From Rhynchopus sp. YZ270_cl-10 (Eukaryota), in contig OZ037839.1 in the NCBI GenBank assembly GCA_964035575.1, forward strand, positions 62,001 to 126,000: 64,000 bases of DNA, read 5' to 3'. The notes beneath the pieces were generated by a model. It saw nothing but the letters and a program-made list of their open reading frames with translations. It searched no databases and had not been told where the DNA came from. Below are positions 21,900 to 34,140 of this stretch, one piece after another. The translations under genes were made by a program, and so were the position numbers. How positions within the stretch are numbered: the first letter of the stretch is position 1; each line of letters opens with the position of its first letter.

Positions 21900-24131
21900 G
21901 AGAAAAGTTCGATTTCGGCCTCGAAAATACCCGTGACACCGATTTGTCACGGTACTTTGTCACGGAATTTTTTTGAAAGATTCGATTTCGTGACAAAAAA
22001 AGTTCGATTTCGTGACAAGCCGATTTTTTCATTGACACACAAAATTCAATTTAGTGACAAATGACTTTTTTCATTGACAAAAAAAAATTCGATTTCGTGA
22101 CAAATCCATTTTTTCATTGACAAAAAAATGTCATTGAAAAAAATGGATTTTGTCAAGGAAAAAGTCGTGACAGCCAACCCGCCAGTCACTGAAAAGTGAC
22201 CAGACAGCCACTTGACAAACACAAAAGAGGCCATTCTTGAGCTGTCTAGAAACCTAAGGGCAGAGACTGAAGACACAAGGTATGATAACTTTATGATTAT
22301 GCAAGACTTAGTATATCGCGAACACGGTCAGGCTTGCACGCCTCTGGCCAGAGGCCAGCCCCACTAAATGATATGCAGCAGACACTCATTGCAGATTTCA
22401 TTTTCATTCGGTAAAAAATTAATGGGTGCGCAAGTTTCTATACCTAATACCCCAACCCTCACCCATACATTCCATTACACACACCAAAACAGATCGAATC
22501 CACCAGCGCATGCGACGGAAGCAGATTCAGATTGTGGTTTGATAAGCAGAGTTCGGTTATTATGGTGGTGGAAAGGGGGGTGGGAACACTTTGTCAGTCA
22601 CTGCTATAGCCATTAACCAGGGAGCATAGCTAGTGCAAGAAATTCGACTTTGGAAACCTTCCGGAAAGTCTGTCCTCTGCTTCCGGAGGACTAGACACAA
22701 GAAAATATTGTTTGTTCCCCCAGAAAACCAGTGCACAATTCACACTCCTTGTGGGTGGTCTTGTTGCCTTTTCGTCATAGTAATTTTGGCCCAGGCATGC
22801 TCTCGAAGCATGACAATTTAGTGTGTATGGGGCAGGGTGTTGTTTTGTTCTGAATTCTCTTTGTTATAACATCTAAGTCAATCGCGGGTGGTGGTTTGTG
22901 TAGCGTGAGGCACTCTTTTTAGCAAACTTCCTGCGGCTGCTAAAGTGTTATTTCTTCGGATTTAACAACGTACAGCGTAACATAGTGGTTTAGCCTGGTC
23001 GACACAACCTTTGATAGATATGGGATAACCAACCCCCTTCGACCCCTTGTGGGTTCACTGAACAAGCCCTAGTGGTAGTTAAACGCGATTGACATTTACA
23101 TTCCTAGAGATGAAAGAACAAGATAACACTTCTGTACCCGCGCATCAAAATTGTGGAAAACTTTGCACCCCAAACACCCTCAACAACGCCCGCCAAAAGG
23201 CGCCCCTTGTTGCTGGGAGTTGGTTCTCATGTTTGATACACTGCACAGCAGGCATTCCTCTGAGTCCAACGCATGTTTGGCCTGTCTGCGGCGTTGTACT
23301 TAAGGTGCACGAAGACAGGGTCTGGTGGTAAATTTTGCGTAGTACTGCGACGTGGTACTACGTGGGTCTGGGAACCTGGTACCTGGGTACAGGATATTTG
23401 TTGTAAAGACATCTTCCACCATGCATTGAGGAGGGTAAGACAGTGTTCGCAGTTTCTACCTGATAGCATTACACATTTAACTTCTCCACGGGGGTCTTGG
23501 GCCGTTCATTCGGTTATACCTTGACTACCGGAAGATATTCTTGAGGCCTTTTTGGTCTCTAGAATATCCGGTCTTCCCGAACGGAGGCACACTTTGTGTG
23601 TTACTACGACCTGGCAATTTCCAGCAGTAGGTTAAGTAATCTTTCTTGTAAATTGTTGGATCATTATCTCCTCAGTGCATGCATGCCCCACGTGACTGGA
23701 CACTTTTGTGTTTGTCATGTGGAGCTGTGGTTGCTCTTTCACGACTTTTATCCTTGTATCCAGTGTACCCAGTACCCAGTGCCCTGTCACGACTTTTTCC
23801 GTGACAAAAAGTTTGGTTTCCTTGACAAAATCCATTTCTGTCACGACTTTTTCCGTGACAAAAAGTTCGGTTTCCTTGACAAAATCCATTTTTTCATTGA
23901 CATTTTTTTGTCACTGAATTTTTGGATTTGTCACGAAATCGAATTTTTTTTTGTCAATGAAAAAATCGGTTTGTCACGAAATCGAATTTTGTGTGTCAAT
24001 GAAAAAATTGGTTTGTCACGAAATCGATTTTTTTTTGTCACGAAATCGAATCTTTCAAAAAAATTCCGTGACAAAATTCCGTGACAAATCGGTGTCACGG
24101 TAATTTTCGAGGCCGAAATCGAACTTTTCTC
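21900..24131. mobile_element. Mutator-like element (MULE), non-autonomous
   Basis: Long (~270 bp) TIRs starting GAGAAAAGTTCGATTTCGGCCTCGAAAAT with internal CGTGACAA repeats. 9-bp TSD AAAATAAAA at 21891-21899 and 24132-24140. Weak SWIM-like remnant (SSCT...QTGQTC) near 23270-23320(-). Confidence 0.85.
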
Positions 24132-24301
24132 AAAATAAAATCACGCTCTGAAGGAATTGCAGTGAAAAAAAGTGAAAACGCGTGAAATAAAGTTCAATTA
24201 GCGTGGTTTTTATTTGCGAAAAAAACACGGCGTGAAATTATCATTAAAAAGAATCACGCTAAAAGTGCCAAATCCTTCGTATACTTTATTTAACTGTGGA
24301 A

Positions 24302-24874
24302 CAGGGGTTAAGTTAGGGCGGGTTTCTGGGTTTTCAAAACCCGGTTTTCGGGTTTTCGGGTTTTTCAAAAAAAAAAAAAAAAATTGGAATCTGAAAAAAA
24401 AAAAAAAAATCCAAATTTTTGGGTGGTGTAGGCTGGGAAGGTGGGGTAGGGGTGGGGGCGGAGCCCCCTCCCCTAAGAAAAAAAATATCCTCCCGACCCA
24501 AACAAACCCCCCGTCAGAACTGGGAATTATTCATATGAAGAGGCAACAGGGATCTCTGGCGAACTTCGGGTTCAGTACTAGTGTTGCGAGAGTGCGGATG
24601 AGGCAGGAAGTGGGAACTGAGGTTGGTCAAAATTGTTAGGACAAATCCAAAAATCCCCAGGGTCCCCCCATTTTTTGGTGGGATTTTTGAACTTTGCCCA
24701 AAAATTGCGGAATTTTTTTTCCGCTCGCTACGCTCGCGGAGGTGCACCTTAAAAATTTTCCCGCTCGCTGCGCTCGCGGAGGGAATGGGTTATTTTTCGC
24801 AAAATCCAGAAAAGCCGATAAAAACCCAGAAAACCCGACTCAGCGAGAAAAAAAAAAAGCTAACTTAACCCCTG
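24302..24874. mobile_element. Non-autonomous hAT-type element (MITE)
   Basis: Perfect 15-bp TIRs CAGGGGTTAAGTTAG / CTAACTTAACCCCTG. 8-bp TSD CTGTGGAA at 24294-24301 and 24875-24882. Subterminal GGGTTTTC repeats. Confidence 0.92.
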
Positions 24875-26171
24875 CTGTGGAATAAAAAAAAAAAAAAAAA
24901 AGTCCACACCCACGAGGCGAGCGTTTTGGCAGGCGCTTGTAAGGACAGCCAAAAGACTTGAATCTGAATGCAGAAGTGGTGTGGAAGCGAACAACAAACA
25001 ACCAAAATTTTTCCTCTTCCCCTTTTTATCCTTTTGAGCAACAAGCAAAGAGTAACGAGTCTCTCGAGCATTTTTATCTTGTTCATATGTGTTTACTAAA
25101 AGAAATACCATTTTTGAAACAAACATTTTGTTTGCCTGCATGAGTTTTTCTGGGAACCATTAGAACGCGAACGCAAAATCTTAACGTACACTCTCTGTTG
25201 ATTCTAAAACGGGGGAGGGTAAAAAAAAAGGCGTGAAAGGTAAATTGGGGAAGAGGTTGAAAAGTTGGAACGCTTCCTCACCCCAGATCAACATATGTCA
25301 CAAGTGTCATGTCACCGAAAAATAAAAGTATGTTTGCCCTTACAGAGATTAAGTTGGCCCGGGTGTTTTTCTTTGGGGAAAAATGTAATTGAAAACCCCG
25401 CAAAACCCGTATTTTGTGCCAACAATAAATCCCCGATGGTTGATTTAGAAAAAATTAATTTGATATACTGGGTGATCTATGAACGGGGGAGAGACTTCTT
25501 CACCAGCTCTCAGTAGCGTCTGACTCTGAGAGCTTGTTAGAGCCAGTGAAAAATCTCTCCCCGTTCAAATGAATCCCACACCCAGAAAAAAAAGTCAAAA
25601 GCAGAGTCAACAGAGAAATAAAAAAAACAAAGAGAATAAACGACTCCGGAAGTCAACTCCAGGGCCCTCCAACCCCCTTAGAAAAAACACTGTCAAGTGT
25701 TTTTGTGTGTTGGCGGAGAAGAAAACAGTTTACAATAAAAGACTCCTGCATCGGGGGTTATTTTTTCACAACAAACAAGAGCCAAATAGACAAGGAAAGC
25801 AAGTGAAAGTCCTGAAGTACAGAAGGTGATGTGAGAAGGGAGGAGCACAAATGAGGGTGAAAAACAGTTAGAGCGACTGTAGCATTTCCCCTGTCCTCTG
25901 TAAACTTCGTTTGACATATAAAAAAATGGCCTGCTTAAGTTAACAGGGGATATACTACGGACCTAAAACACTACGGTGTCAATACCTATCTTCGCACACA
26001 CAGGAAAACGCGAAACTAAACAGTAGGAGAGTTTGTTACTTGTACGCTTCTACCATGCTCCAAACAACTAGTCAAAAGTGGAATTGACACTTTTCCATTA
26101 CCATGAACGAAACAAAACAAACGTGTTCATCCCCAAGAGGAAACAAAGCACCTATCACGCAGCATGCATGC

Positions 26172-29100
26172 TCACAGCTTCCACACCACAAGGGTGCCGT
26201 CACGGCTCACAGTTGCCAGGCGTGTGCCATCGGGGGAGAAGTCCAGGCGTGGCAGGACAGCCTGCGAGTGTCCCAGCAGGTCGTGCAGCACAGACCCGTT
26301 GTGCGACCACACCATCACGTCACCCTCGCCCACAGCAGCAATCATCTTCCCGTCGCGTGAGAACTTGCTGTCGTGCACAGCACCCGACAGCATGCTCAGA
26401 GACACACCGTCCACAGCACTGCCGTCACCAATCGAGCTCCCGGGCAGCTGCGACACAAGGATCGTCCCGTCGCTCATCCCACGCAGGAGCGCGTTCCCAC
26501 CAAAGGACGAGAAGGACAGTGCCGTCACACGTGCACTCACAGAGGGCAGCTCAACAGCAGGCATCCCGTCCAGACCCCACACAGTCGTCACCTCGTCCAC
26601 CTCAGACCCGCGCACTGTCGCAAGGTGTGCACCGTCCACAGAGAACCCCACGTTGCGTGCATGGTGGTTGATCACAGACGACGCCTTCGTCCTGTCCGAC
26701 GCAAGCATGTCGAACACACGTGTGCGTGCATCCTGTCCACCTCCGCTCACCACGTAGCGCCCGTCCCTCGTGAACTCCACACGGTGCACAGGTGTGCTCC
26801 CCGATGCAGACATGTCCACCAGGGTTGCCTCCAGCACACCTGTCACAGCGTCGCACACAACCACACGCCCGCCCTCCCCAGCAAGCGCCACCAGGTTGTT
26901 GTCTGGCGAGAACGCAATGTCGTGCACCCTGAAGCCGTCTGCACAGCCCAGCTGTCCCACCCTCACACCCGTGCGTGCGTCAAACACACGCACAAAACGG
27001 TCTGCTGACCCTGTCGCCACACGACGTCCGCCCCACGAGAACGCCACCGACAGCAGGCGTGCAGGGTGTCTCACCTCAAATGCACACGCACGCGACGTCC
27101 CCCGCCCGCAACGCTGTGGCACTGTGTCCACCCCACACTGCTGCTGTGGAGGAGGTGTCGGTGCTCTGCATTCGTACTGGAAGGCAAGGTACGACCTCCC
27201 GTAGTAGTAAGTGCTTCTGAACTGCACAAACGCAGAACCACTCACCACAAGCTCCACACCCTCGAAGCCGGTAGTGTATGAGGACCAGTCATGCTCCAAG
27301 TTGAAGATTGTGTCGTTCCCCGCCCCGGTCCCTGAGCTGTAGATAGACACGTAGGAATAGTAGTACAACTGAATGTCAGAGAACTTCAGCACAACCTCGT
27401 AATCACACTCAATGTGCCAGCACTCCGTGTGGGAGCTGTTGTAGTTTTCAAAGTTAACGTACCCAGTGCCTGTCCGGTCGTTGTGTCCCTTACAGACGTA
27501 GTTCACACCAGGTGCGCGTGTGTTTGGCGCAGGTGTGGGTGGTGCTTGTGTCGCATCCACACACGCGTAGTCGAACTCAACTCTCAGAAGCGCGTAGTAC
27601 CAATGGCTTCTTACCTGCACAAAGGCAGAACCGTGCACCACAACATCCGTAGGACTGTCGTAATAGTTGTACCTCTTCACCAAGGAGAAGTCTGTTCCAT
27701 TTCCAGAATCGTTCCCTGATGTGTACACGTCCACGTAGGAAGAGGAGTACAGATTCATGGTCGAGAACGAGATGACAACATCCTTGTCACACTCAATGTG
27801 CCAGCACATCGTGCGTGTAAAATATCCGCCGGACCTGAGGGAAATCTGAAAGCTCGCGTTCCCAGTCGCATTGTTCAGGTCGGTGTGCTCCTCACAGACG
27901 TAGTTCACACCAGGTGCGCGGGTGCTTGGCACATCAGTGGGTGGTGCTTGAGTGGGCACCACATCCGTGCACACGTAGTCGAACTCAAGTCTTGACCCGG
28001 TGTAGTAATTGCTTTTGAACTGCACAAAGGCAGAACCGTTCAGCACAACATCCATGGGACTGTCGCCGTAGTTGAACCTCTTCTCCAAGGTGAAGTCTGT
28101 TCCATTTCCAGAATCGTTCCCTGTGTACAGGTCCAGGAAGGAGTTGCTGTACAGCTGCATGGTGGAGAACGAGATGACAACATCCTTGTCACACTCAATG
28201 TGCCAGCACTCCGTGTGGTAGCTGTCGTAGTTCTGAAAGCTCACGTTCCCAGTCACATTGTCCCCCAGGTCGTTTTGCTCTTCACAGACGTAGTTCACAC
28301 CAGGTGCACGTGTGTCCGGCACAGCTGTGGGTGGTGATTGAGTGGTCGCATCCACACACACGTAGTCGAACACAAGTCTTGACAACCCGCTGTAGTAAGT
28401 GCTTCTGAACTGCACAAATGCGGAACCGTTCAGCACAACATCCATGGGACTGTCGCCGTAGTTGAACCTCTTCTGCAAGGTGAAGTCTGTTCCATTTCCA
28501 GAATCCTTCCCTGATGTGTACAGGTCCAGGTAGTTATAACTGTACAGTTGCATGGTGGAGAACGAGATGACAACATCCTTGTCACACTCAATGTGCCAGC
28601 ACTCCGTGTGGTACCAGTCGTAGTTCTGAAAGCTCACATTCCCAGTCACATTGTCCAGGTCGTTGTGCTCCTCACAGACGTAGCTCACACCAGGTGCACG
28701 TGTGTCTGGCACAGCTGTGGGTGGTGCTTGAGTGGTCGCATCCACACACACGTAGCTGAACTCAAGTCTTGACAACCCGCTGTAGTAACTGTTTCTGAAC
28801 TGCACAAAGGCAGAACCGTTCAGCACAACATCCATGGGACTGTCGCCGTAGTTGAACCTCTTCTGCAAGGTGAAGTCTGTTCCATTTCCAGAATCCTTCC
28901 CTGATGTGTACAGGTCCAGGTAGTTATAACTGTACAGTTGCATGGTGGAGAACGAGATGACAACATCCTTGTCACACTCAATGTGCCAGCACTCCGTGTG
29001 GTGCCTGTCGTAGTTCTGAAAGCTCACGTTCCCAGTCACATTGTCACCCAGGTCGTTGTGCTCCTCACAGACGTAGTTCACACCAGGTGCACGTGTGTCC

Positions 29101-29951
29101 GGCACAGCTGTGGGTGGTGCTTGAGTGGTCGCATCCACACACACGTAGCTGAACTCAAGTCTTGACAACCCGCTGTAGTAGTAAGTGCTTCTGAAATGCA
29201 CAAATGCAGAACCGTTCAGCACAACATCCATGGGACTGTCGTAAAAGGTGAAGCTCTTCTGCAAGGTGAAGTCTGTTCCATTTCCAGAATCGTTCCCTGT
29301 GTACAGGTCCAGGTAGGAAGAGTAGTACAGCTGCAGGTTGGAGAACGAGATGACAACATCCTTGTCACACTCAATGTGCCAGCACTCCGTGTGGTAGCCG
29401 TCGTAGTTCTGAAAACTCACGTTCCCAGTCACATTGTCACCCAGGTCGTTGTGCTCCTCACAGACGTAGTTCACACCAGGTGCACGTGTGTTGGGCACAT
29501 CTGTGGGTGGTGCTGGAGTGGTCGCATCCACACACACGTAGCTGAACGCAAATCTTGACAGCCACCCGTTGTAGTAGTAAGTGCTTCTGAACTGCACAAA
29601 TGCAGAACCGTTCAGCACAACATCCATGGGACTGTCGTCATTGTTGAAGCTCTTCTCCAAGGTGAAGTCAGTTCTGTTTCCAGAATCCTTCCCTGTGTAC
29701 AGGTCCAGGTAGGAAGCGTAGAACAGCTGCAGGTTGGAGAACGAGATGACAACATCCTTGTCACACTCAATGTGCCAGCACTCTGTGTGGTAGCCGTCGG
29801 AGTTCTGAAAGTTCACGTGACCACTCCCACTGTGCCCCAGGTCGTTGTGCTCCTTACAAACTGAGTGCACACCAGGTGCACGTGTAGCAGGAACATAGGT
29901 GTATGCCTCCGCGTTCACACACAGGAGCGCTGCCAAGCATGCGCGCAGCAT
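26172..29951 (-). CDS. Secreted protein: 7 CUB-like repeats + C-terminal WD40 propeller (paralogue 1)
   Basis: 1259 aa with short signal peptide MLRACLAALLCVNAEA. ~130-aa repeats C...GNVSFQNY...ECWHIEC..VVISF..LQL...YLDLY...AFVQFRS...LEF.YVC follow the CUB strand pattern, with Pro/Thr linkers. WD40 repeats (SVAFS.GRRVATGSADRFVRVFD; GHS...FSPDGTRLATVSRDGTLVVW). Confidence 0.88.
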   Translation of the reverse strand: MLRACLAALLCVNAEAYTYVPATRAPGVHSVCKEHNDLGHSGSGHVNFQNSDGYHTECWHIECDKDVVISFSNLQLFYASYLDLYTGKDSGNRTDFTLEKSFNNDDSPMDVVLNGSAFVQFRSTYYYNGWLSRFAFSYVCVDATTPAPPTDVPNTRAPGVNYVCEEHNDLGDNVTGNVSFQNYDGYHTECWHIECDKDVVISFSNLQLYYSSYLDLYTGNDSGNGTDFTLQKSFTFYDSPMDVVLNGSAFVHFRSTYYYSGLSRLEFSYVCVDATTQAPPTAVPDTRAPGVNYVCEEHNDLGDNVTGNVSFQNYDRHHTECWHIECDKDVVISFSTMQLYSYNYLDLYTSGKDSGNGTDFTLQKRFNYGDSPMDVVLNGSAFVQFRNSYYSGLSRLEFSYVCVDATTQAPPTAVPDTRAPGVSYVCEEHNDLDNVTGNVSFQNYDWYHTECWHIECDKDVVISFSTMQLYSYNYLDLYTSGKDSGNGTDFTLQKRFNYGDSPMDVVLNGSAFVQFRSTYYSGLSRLVFDYVCVDATTQSPPTAVPDTRAPGVNYVCEEQNDLGDNVTGNVSFQNYDSYHTECWHIECDKDVVISFSTMQLYSNSFLDLYTGNDSGNGTDFTLEKRFNYGDSPMDVVLNGSAFVQFKSNYYTGSRLEFDYVCTDVVPTQAPPTDVPSTRAPGVNYVCEEHTDLNNATGNASFQISLRSGGYFTRTMCWHIECDKDVVISFSTMNLYSSSYVDVYTSGNDSGNGTDFSLVKRYNYYDSPTDVVVHGSAFVQVRSHWYYALLRVEFDYACVDATQAPPTPAPNTRAPGVNYVCKGHNDRTGTGYVNFENYNSSHTECWHIECDYEVVLKFSDIQLYYYSYVSIYSSGTGAGNDTIFNLEHDWSSYTTGFEGVELVVSGSAFVQFRSTYYYGRSYLAFQYECRAPTPPPQQQCGVDTVPQRCGRGTSRACAFEVRHPARLLSVAFSWGGRRVATGSADRFVRVFDARTGVRVGQLGCADGFRVHDIAFSPDNNLVALAGEGGRVVVCDAVTGVLEATLVDMSASGSTPVHRVEFTRDGRYVVSGGGQDARTRVFDMLASDRTKASSVINHHARNVGFSVDGAHLATVRGSEVDEVTTVWGLDGMPAVELPSVSARVTALSFSSFGGNALLRGMSDGTILVSQLPGSSIGDGSAVDGVSLSMLSGAVHDSKFSRDGKMIAAVGEGDVMVWSHNGSVLHDLLGHSQAVLPRLDFSPDGTRLATVSRDGTLVVWKL

Positions 29952-30590
29952 TGTCTTTTGTTGTGTCCGCAGAGTATCTGTTGTTGTGTTGTTGTGTTGT
30001 TGGGTTTATGATCGTACTCTTAGAGGTCAAAAGAAACAAAAGCAAACAGGAGGAGCAAATAAGGGATGAATCTGTTATCAATTGGCACCGATAGTTAGAA
30101 ATGTACGTGCGGGTGGGGCTAGAGACCCTTCGCGTCGGTGCTGCGTACCCCCCCACCTAGAAGGCGAATGCATATTCAGCCTATATTCGGATCCGAAATG
30201 AGGCCGAAAAGAGGGCGAATATAGGCGTATGTGACATTCGCCCTATATTCGGATCCGAATGCAGGGCGAATACGAAATTCGCCCTGCAATCGCCCTGTAC
30301 AAACACCTGTCATATGACAGGTGTTTTTGCCGGTGGCTATTGCCTCCCAGGGAAAGGGACTCTCGAATTTTATTTTTGCCCCCTTTTAGGCAGGGCTATT
30401 TCTAAAAACCTGTCCCTATCCCTGATTTTTGGAACATGAAAGTTACCAAAAAAGTTGCATGGGGCTCATATACAGGGCTGCCAAAAAATTTGCACGTACT
30501 ACAGTACTTACCAAGAGGGGGGGATGGGCTTTCTGCTGGAAGAAAGTTGACGATTTTTTCGTTTTGTTAACTTTTTGTTGAAAAGTTAAA

Positions 30591-31225
30591 ACAGTACAGT
30601 ACAGTACAGTACAGTACAGTACAGTACAGTACAGTACAGTACAGTACAGTACAGTACAGTACAGTACAGTACAGTACAGTACAGTACAGTACAGTACAGT
30701 ACAGTACAGTACAGTACAGTACAGTACAGTACAGTACAGTACAGTACAGTACAGTACAGTACAGTACAGTACAGTACAGTACAGTACAGTACAGTACAGT
30801 ACAGTACAGTACAGTACAGTACAGTACAGTACAGTACAGTACAGTACAGTACAGTACAGTACAGTACAGTACAGTACAGTACAGTACAGTACAGTACAGT
30901 ACAGTACAGTACAGTACAGTACAGTACAGTACAGTACAGTACAGTACAGTACAGTACAGTACAGTACAGTACAGTACAGTACAGTACAGTACAGTACAGT
31001 ACAGTACAGTACAGTACAGTACAGTACAGTACAGTACAGTACAGTACAGTACAGTACAGTACAGTACAGTACAGTACAGTACAGTACAGTACAGTACAGT
31101 ACAGTACAGTACAGTACAGTACAGTACAGTACAGTACAGTACAGTACAGTACAGTACAGTACAGTACAGTACAGTACAGTACAGTACAGTACAGTACAGT
31201 ACAGTACAGTACAGTACAGTACAGT
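30591..31225. repeat. (ACAGT)n microsatellite, ~127 perfect units
   Basis: Direct reading. Confidence 0.99.
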
Positions 31226-32372
31226 CTGTAGGGGTTGAAAAAAAATTTTCCCCGAGAAAACCTCTTTTTTGGGATAATTCAGCGCATTAGAAAATTTTGC
31301 GACCCCGCTCGGTTAGAACCGTGACTCTGTGTGACCCTTACCACCGTGAGAGTAAACACCAAAAAACGGGAAAAATAAAAATAAAAAGGGGTACCCCCTC
31401 CAGATTCCCCGTGGTTCGCCCGTATGTCTCCCGCGGTTGTACCGCGTACAACGGTTCACACTAAAACGGCCACCCCCCTGCAGTACGAGAAATTGTCCCC
31501 CCTTTTTGCCGTACGTGATATTGTCGCCCCCTCACTTTTTCCCCGCAGGGGGGACAATTTCAAGGGGGTCGGAGGGGGGGACAATTTCACGGGGGAGGGT
31601 CGGAAAATAAATAAAGAAATGATGAAAAAATCCATAGTTGAACCTCTGTGAACGATCTGTACCAGGTTATCGGTGCGGTTAAAAAAGCACGATTTCTTAA
31701 GGATTTGCCCCTGAACAAGCCTGTAACCGTTACCCGTTTGCCATATTAGGAGGCACAAAAACCCCTTTGGCAGTGAGGGAGTTTAGCATATCCAGGTCTT
31801 TGGTTCAGTGTTGCTATGTGACACGAACAGACTCTTTACCACGTAGGTGGGGAGATTGACAATTTTGCGCACAAGAAACGGCCAGACATCATGGCACACG
31901 GGTCCTTTTGGGTCATTTTAGGCGAAATTTAAGTGAAATTCCCTACTAAATGTGACTGAAAAGTGGGTTTGGGGGTGCTTGGGGAGGTTTGGGGGTGGAG
32001 TCCTGGGGTGTCAAAACAAAAAAAGGGGGTACGGAATTGCACGTTTTCGGCCCGCTGAATCGAACGAAATATTTTTCGGCGTTTTTTGGAGGAAAAGCTA
32101 TTGTCCAGGACACTTTTTCGGTCTTCATCCCCTTATCCCAGGAAATATTGGCATTTTTCCGGAAGTCGAAAATGCGCTTAACTGCATTTCCGAGGTCCGC
32201 GCAAAAAAATGAAAAAAAAATCGAGCAAAAAGTCCAAAATTTTAATTAGTTAAAGGTGGGCCACATGAATTACCACATTTCGTGACAGCCACTGATATAT
32301 ACACGGGGGGGAGTAGGTACAATAAAAGACTCCTGCGCAGGGTAGATCCTTATTTTCGCTAAAAACGCTTTA

Positions 32373-33188
32373 TAAAGTGAAGTTATTAATGCAGGCACCT
32401 CCGACTGACCCACGTACGATGCCAGCCATCCGGATGAAAGCACAAGTACCCTGCGGCCAACAACAGAAGATGTAAAAAGGAAACCTAATGACTGGCCCGT
32501 ACCGTAAGAGAACGAGGGCGGTTCACAACCGCTCGACAGCCGGCGGCCCACCTTCCGTTGAAGAGTTGTGAGCTTACAGGTACTGCAGTTCGCTGCACCC
32601 AACGCTTGGTGCACGATAGTCTACACAAGAGAGCAGAAACCCAAAAACACAAAAAGGGGTGGGCGGGGGGGTCACAACATCTCTCTCTTGGCGCCCCATG
32701 CTGTACCGACAGTTGGGCCTCACCCTTTCTCTTAGGGATATACATGGACGTCCTTACAGGCAGCACACCGTAACCCAAAGGCGTGGCAGAGAGACTCCGT
32801 AGAGCGACTCTGGCCTGACCGCTGGCCATTTATGCTCCGGGTGCGAGCACCCATCATAGCATTGGGGGGGCCAGCCTGACCCAGCATTTATATACCCTGC
32901 CAGGGTGAACTTGCATAAAAGAGGGCAGGGGCGTTTAGCACCCTGAGGACTAGGGGAAGTCCCGCGTACCCCAACAGAAAGACAAAGGCTATGCACTGAT
33001 GATAAAGGAGAGGCAGGGTTGCTGAAAAACAAAAAGACCCTGAAGGCACAAAAACGCCCCGCATACCCCTCCTCGCCTCCTGTTTTGTAATCTCTCAGGT
33101 AGGAGACATCGGTTCGAGCGGTCAACACCTTCATAGAGTTTCTGGAGGAACGGACCCCCGGATGCAATTTAAGGTCCAGCCCAGGACC
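32373..33188 (-). mobile_element. Non-coding short element (SIRE-like derivative of the DIRS/VIPER-like family)
   Basis: Starts with the conserved structured head. Both ends are shared with the internally deleted copy at 61788-61960. The middle (32615-32820) is shared with 52260-52462, which is joined to an RNase H fragment. Confidence 0.65.
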
Positions 33189-33293
33189 ATTATAAATATA
33201 TTTTGTATTTTTCTTTAGGGGGTTTTCGCCGTTTTGTGACATTTCCGAGCCAATCCCGGGGTGTGGTGGGGGATCGATAGATCGTTTGTATAT

Positions 33294-34140
33294 GGACTCG
33301 TCCGGAAACCCCTCTGGTAAGATTCATCCTTTTGGGTATTTTTGGGTATTTTTGGGTTTTTTTGATGATGTCCCCCACAAAAAGTGCGTCTAAGTGATAT
33401 TCTGATATGAAAATAGGTTTTTGGGGGGGTCTGAGGCTATATTTTCGCTTTTTTAATCAGATTTTCAGCCTTTTATTGTCGTTCCTCTGGATCTCTTCTC
33501 TCTTTCTCTTAATCCTGTCATGCCGCCTTGACATGGTTTCATTGACCTCTGTCAAATCTACTGGATCAATGCCAGGGACTTTTGCTTTGCGGGTCACCTT
33601 GGATGTGGAGACTCCATAGTAAATACAGGTCCCCTCCGTGTCAGAGTACACGCTGAAATGACACGACCGTTGCTCGGGTAGCAGTACACAGAAGAAAAGA
33701 GATTGATGGAAAGAAGGGTGCGCTGATACGTATGAGTACGAGGGAATGAGATAACAAAGGCCTCTGTGTGGGGAAGCTCGCGCAGGGCTCCGACAATGAC
33801 CCCTACGGTAAGGATCTCCTGACAACAAGAATCATCAGAGAGATGGTTCGAAACGACACCAAGTGTGCGTCGCACCCATTCTTACCGTGTTTCTCGACAA
33901 AAAAGTGAACTTCACTGCTGTCATTGCCACGTTTATGAAATGTCTAAAAATACGTAAAAAAATATACGTAAAAAGGGGGGGAGGGGAAATAAACAAAAAT
34001 AAATGCCCAAAATATGCCCTCTGGGGTGGTAGGTGTATGGTGGGTATCAAAAAATTGGGTTGTTTGGGTGTTTTGAGCAGAAAAACCTCAAAAAAACCCC
34101 AAAAGGATGAATCTTACCAGGAGGGTTTCCGGACGGACCC
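33294..34140. mobile_element. Non-autonomous TIR element with AT/ATAT flanks
   Basis: ~40-bp imperfect TIRs (GTCCGGAAACCC..CTGGTAAGATTCATCCTTTTGGG); ATAT at 33290-33293 and 34141-34144. Superfamily not determined. Confidence 0.75.

Larger units (their letters stand above)
20980..24289 (-). mobile_element. Crypton-like (tyrosine recombinase) DNA element, interrupted by a MULE
   Basis: Inverted ends ATAAAGTATACGAA(A)GGATTTGGCACTTTT(T)AGCGTGA, flanked by TTAA at 20976-20979 and 24290-24293. Internal tyrosine recombinase (YR) pseudogene. Confidence 0.7.

Noticed and set aside
27200..29900. Diversity-generating retroelement (adenine mutagenesis) as the source of loop variation
   Set aside because: Loop 3 codons look like AAY derivatives (AAC/TAC/GAC/CAC/GGC/TTC), but other loops vary at non-A and third positions and include indels. 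No template repeat or DGR-type RT is present; nearby RT fragments are DIRS/LINE-like.
33105..33125. tRNA-derived SINE based on the B-box-like GGTTCGAGC
   Set aside because: No A-box or cloverleaf, opposite orientation to the element head, and not conserved in the 61880 copy.
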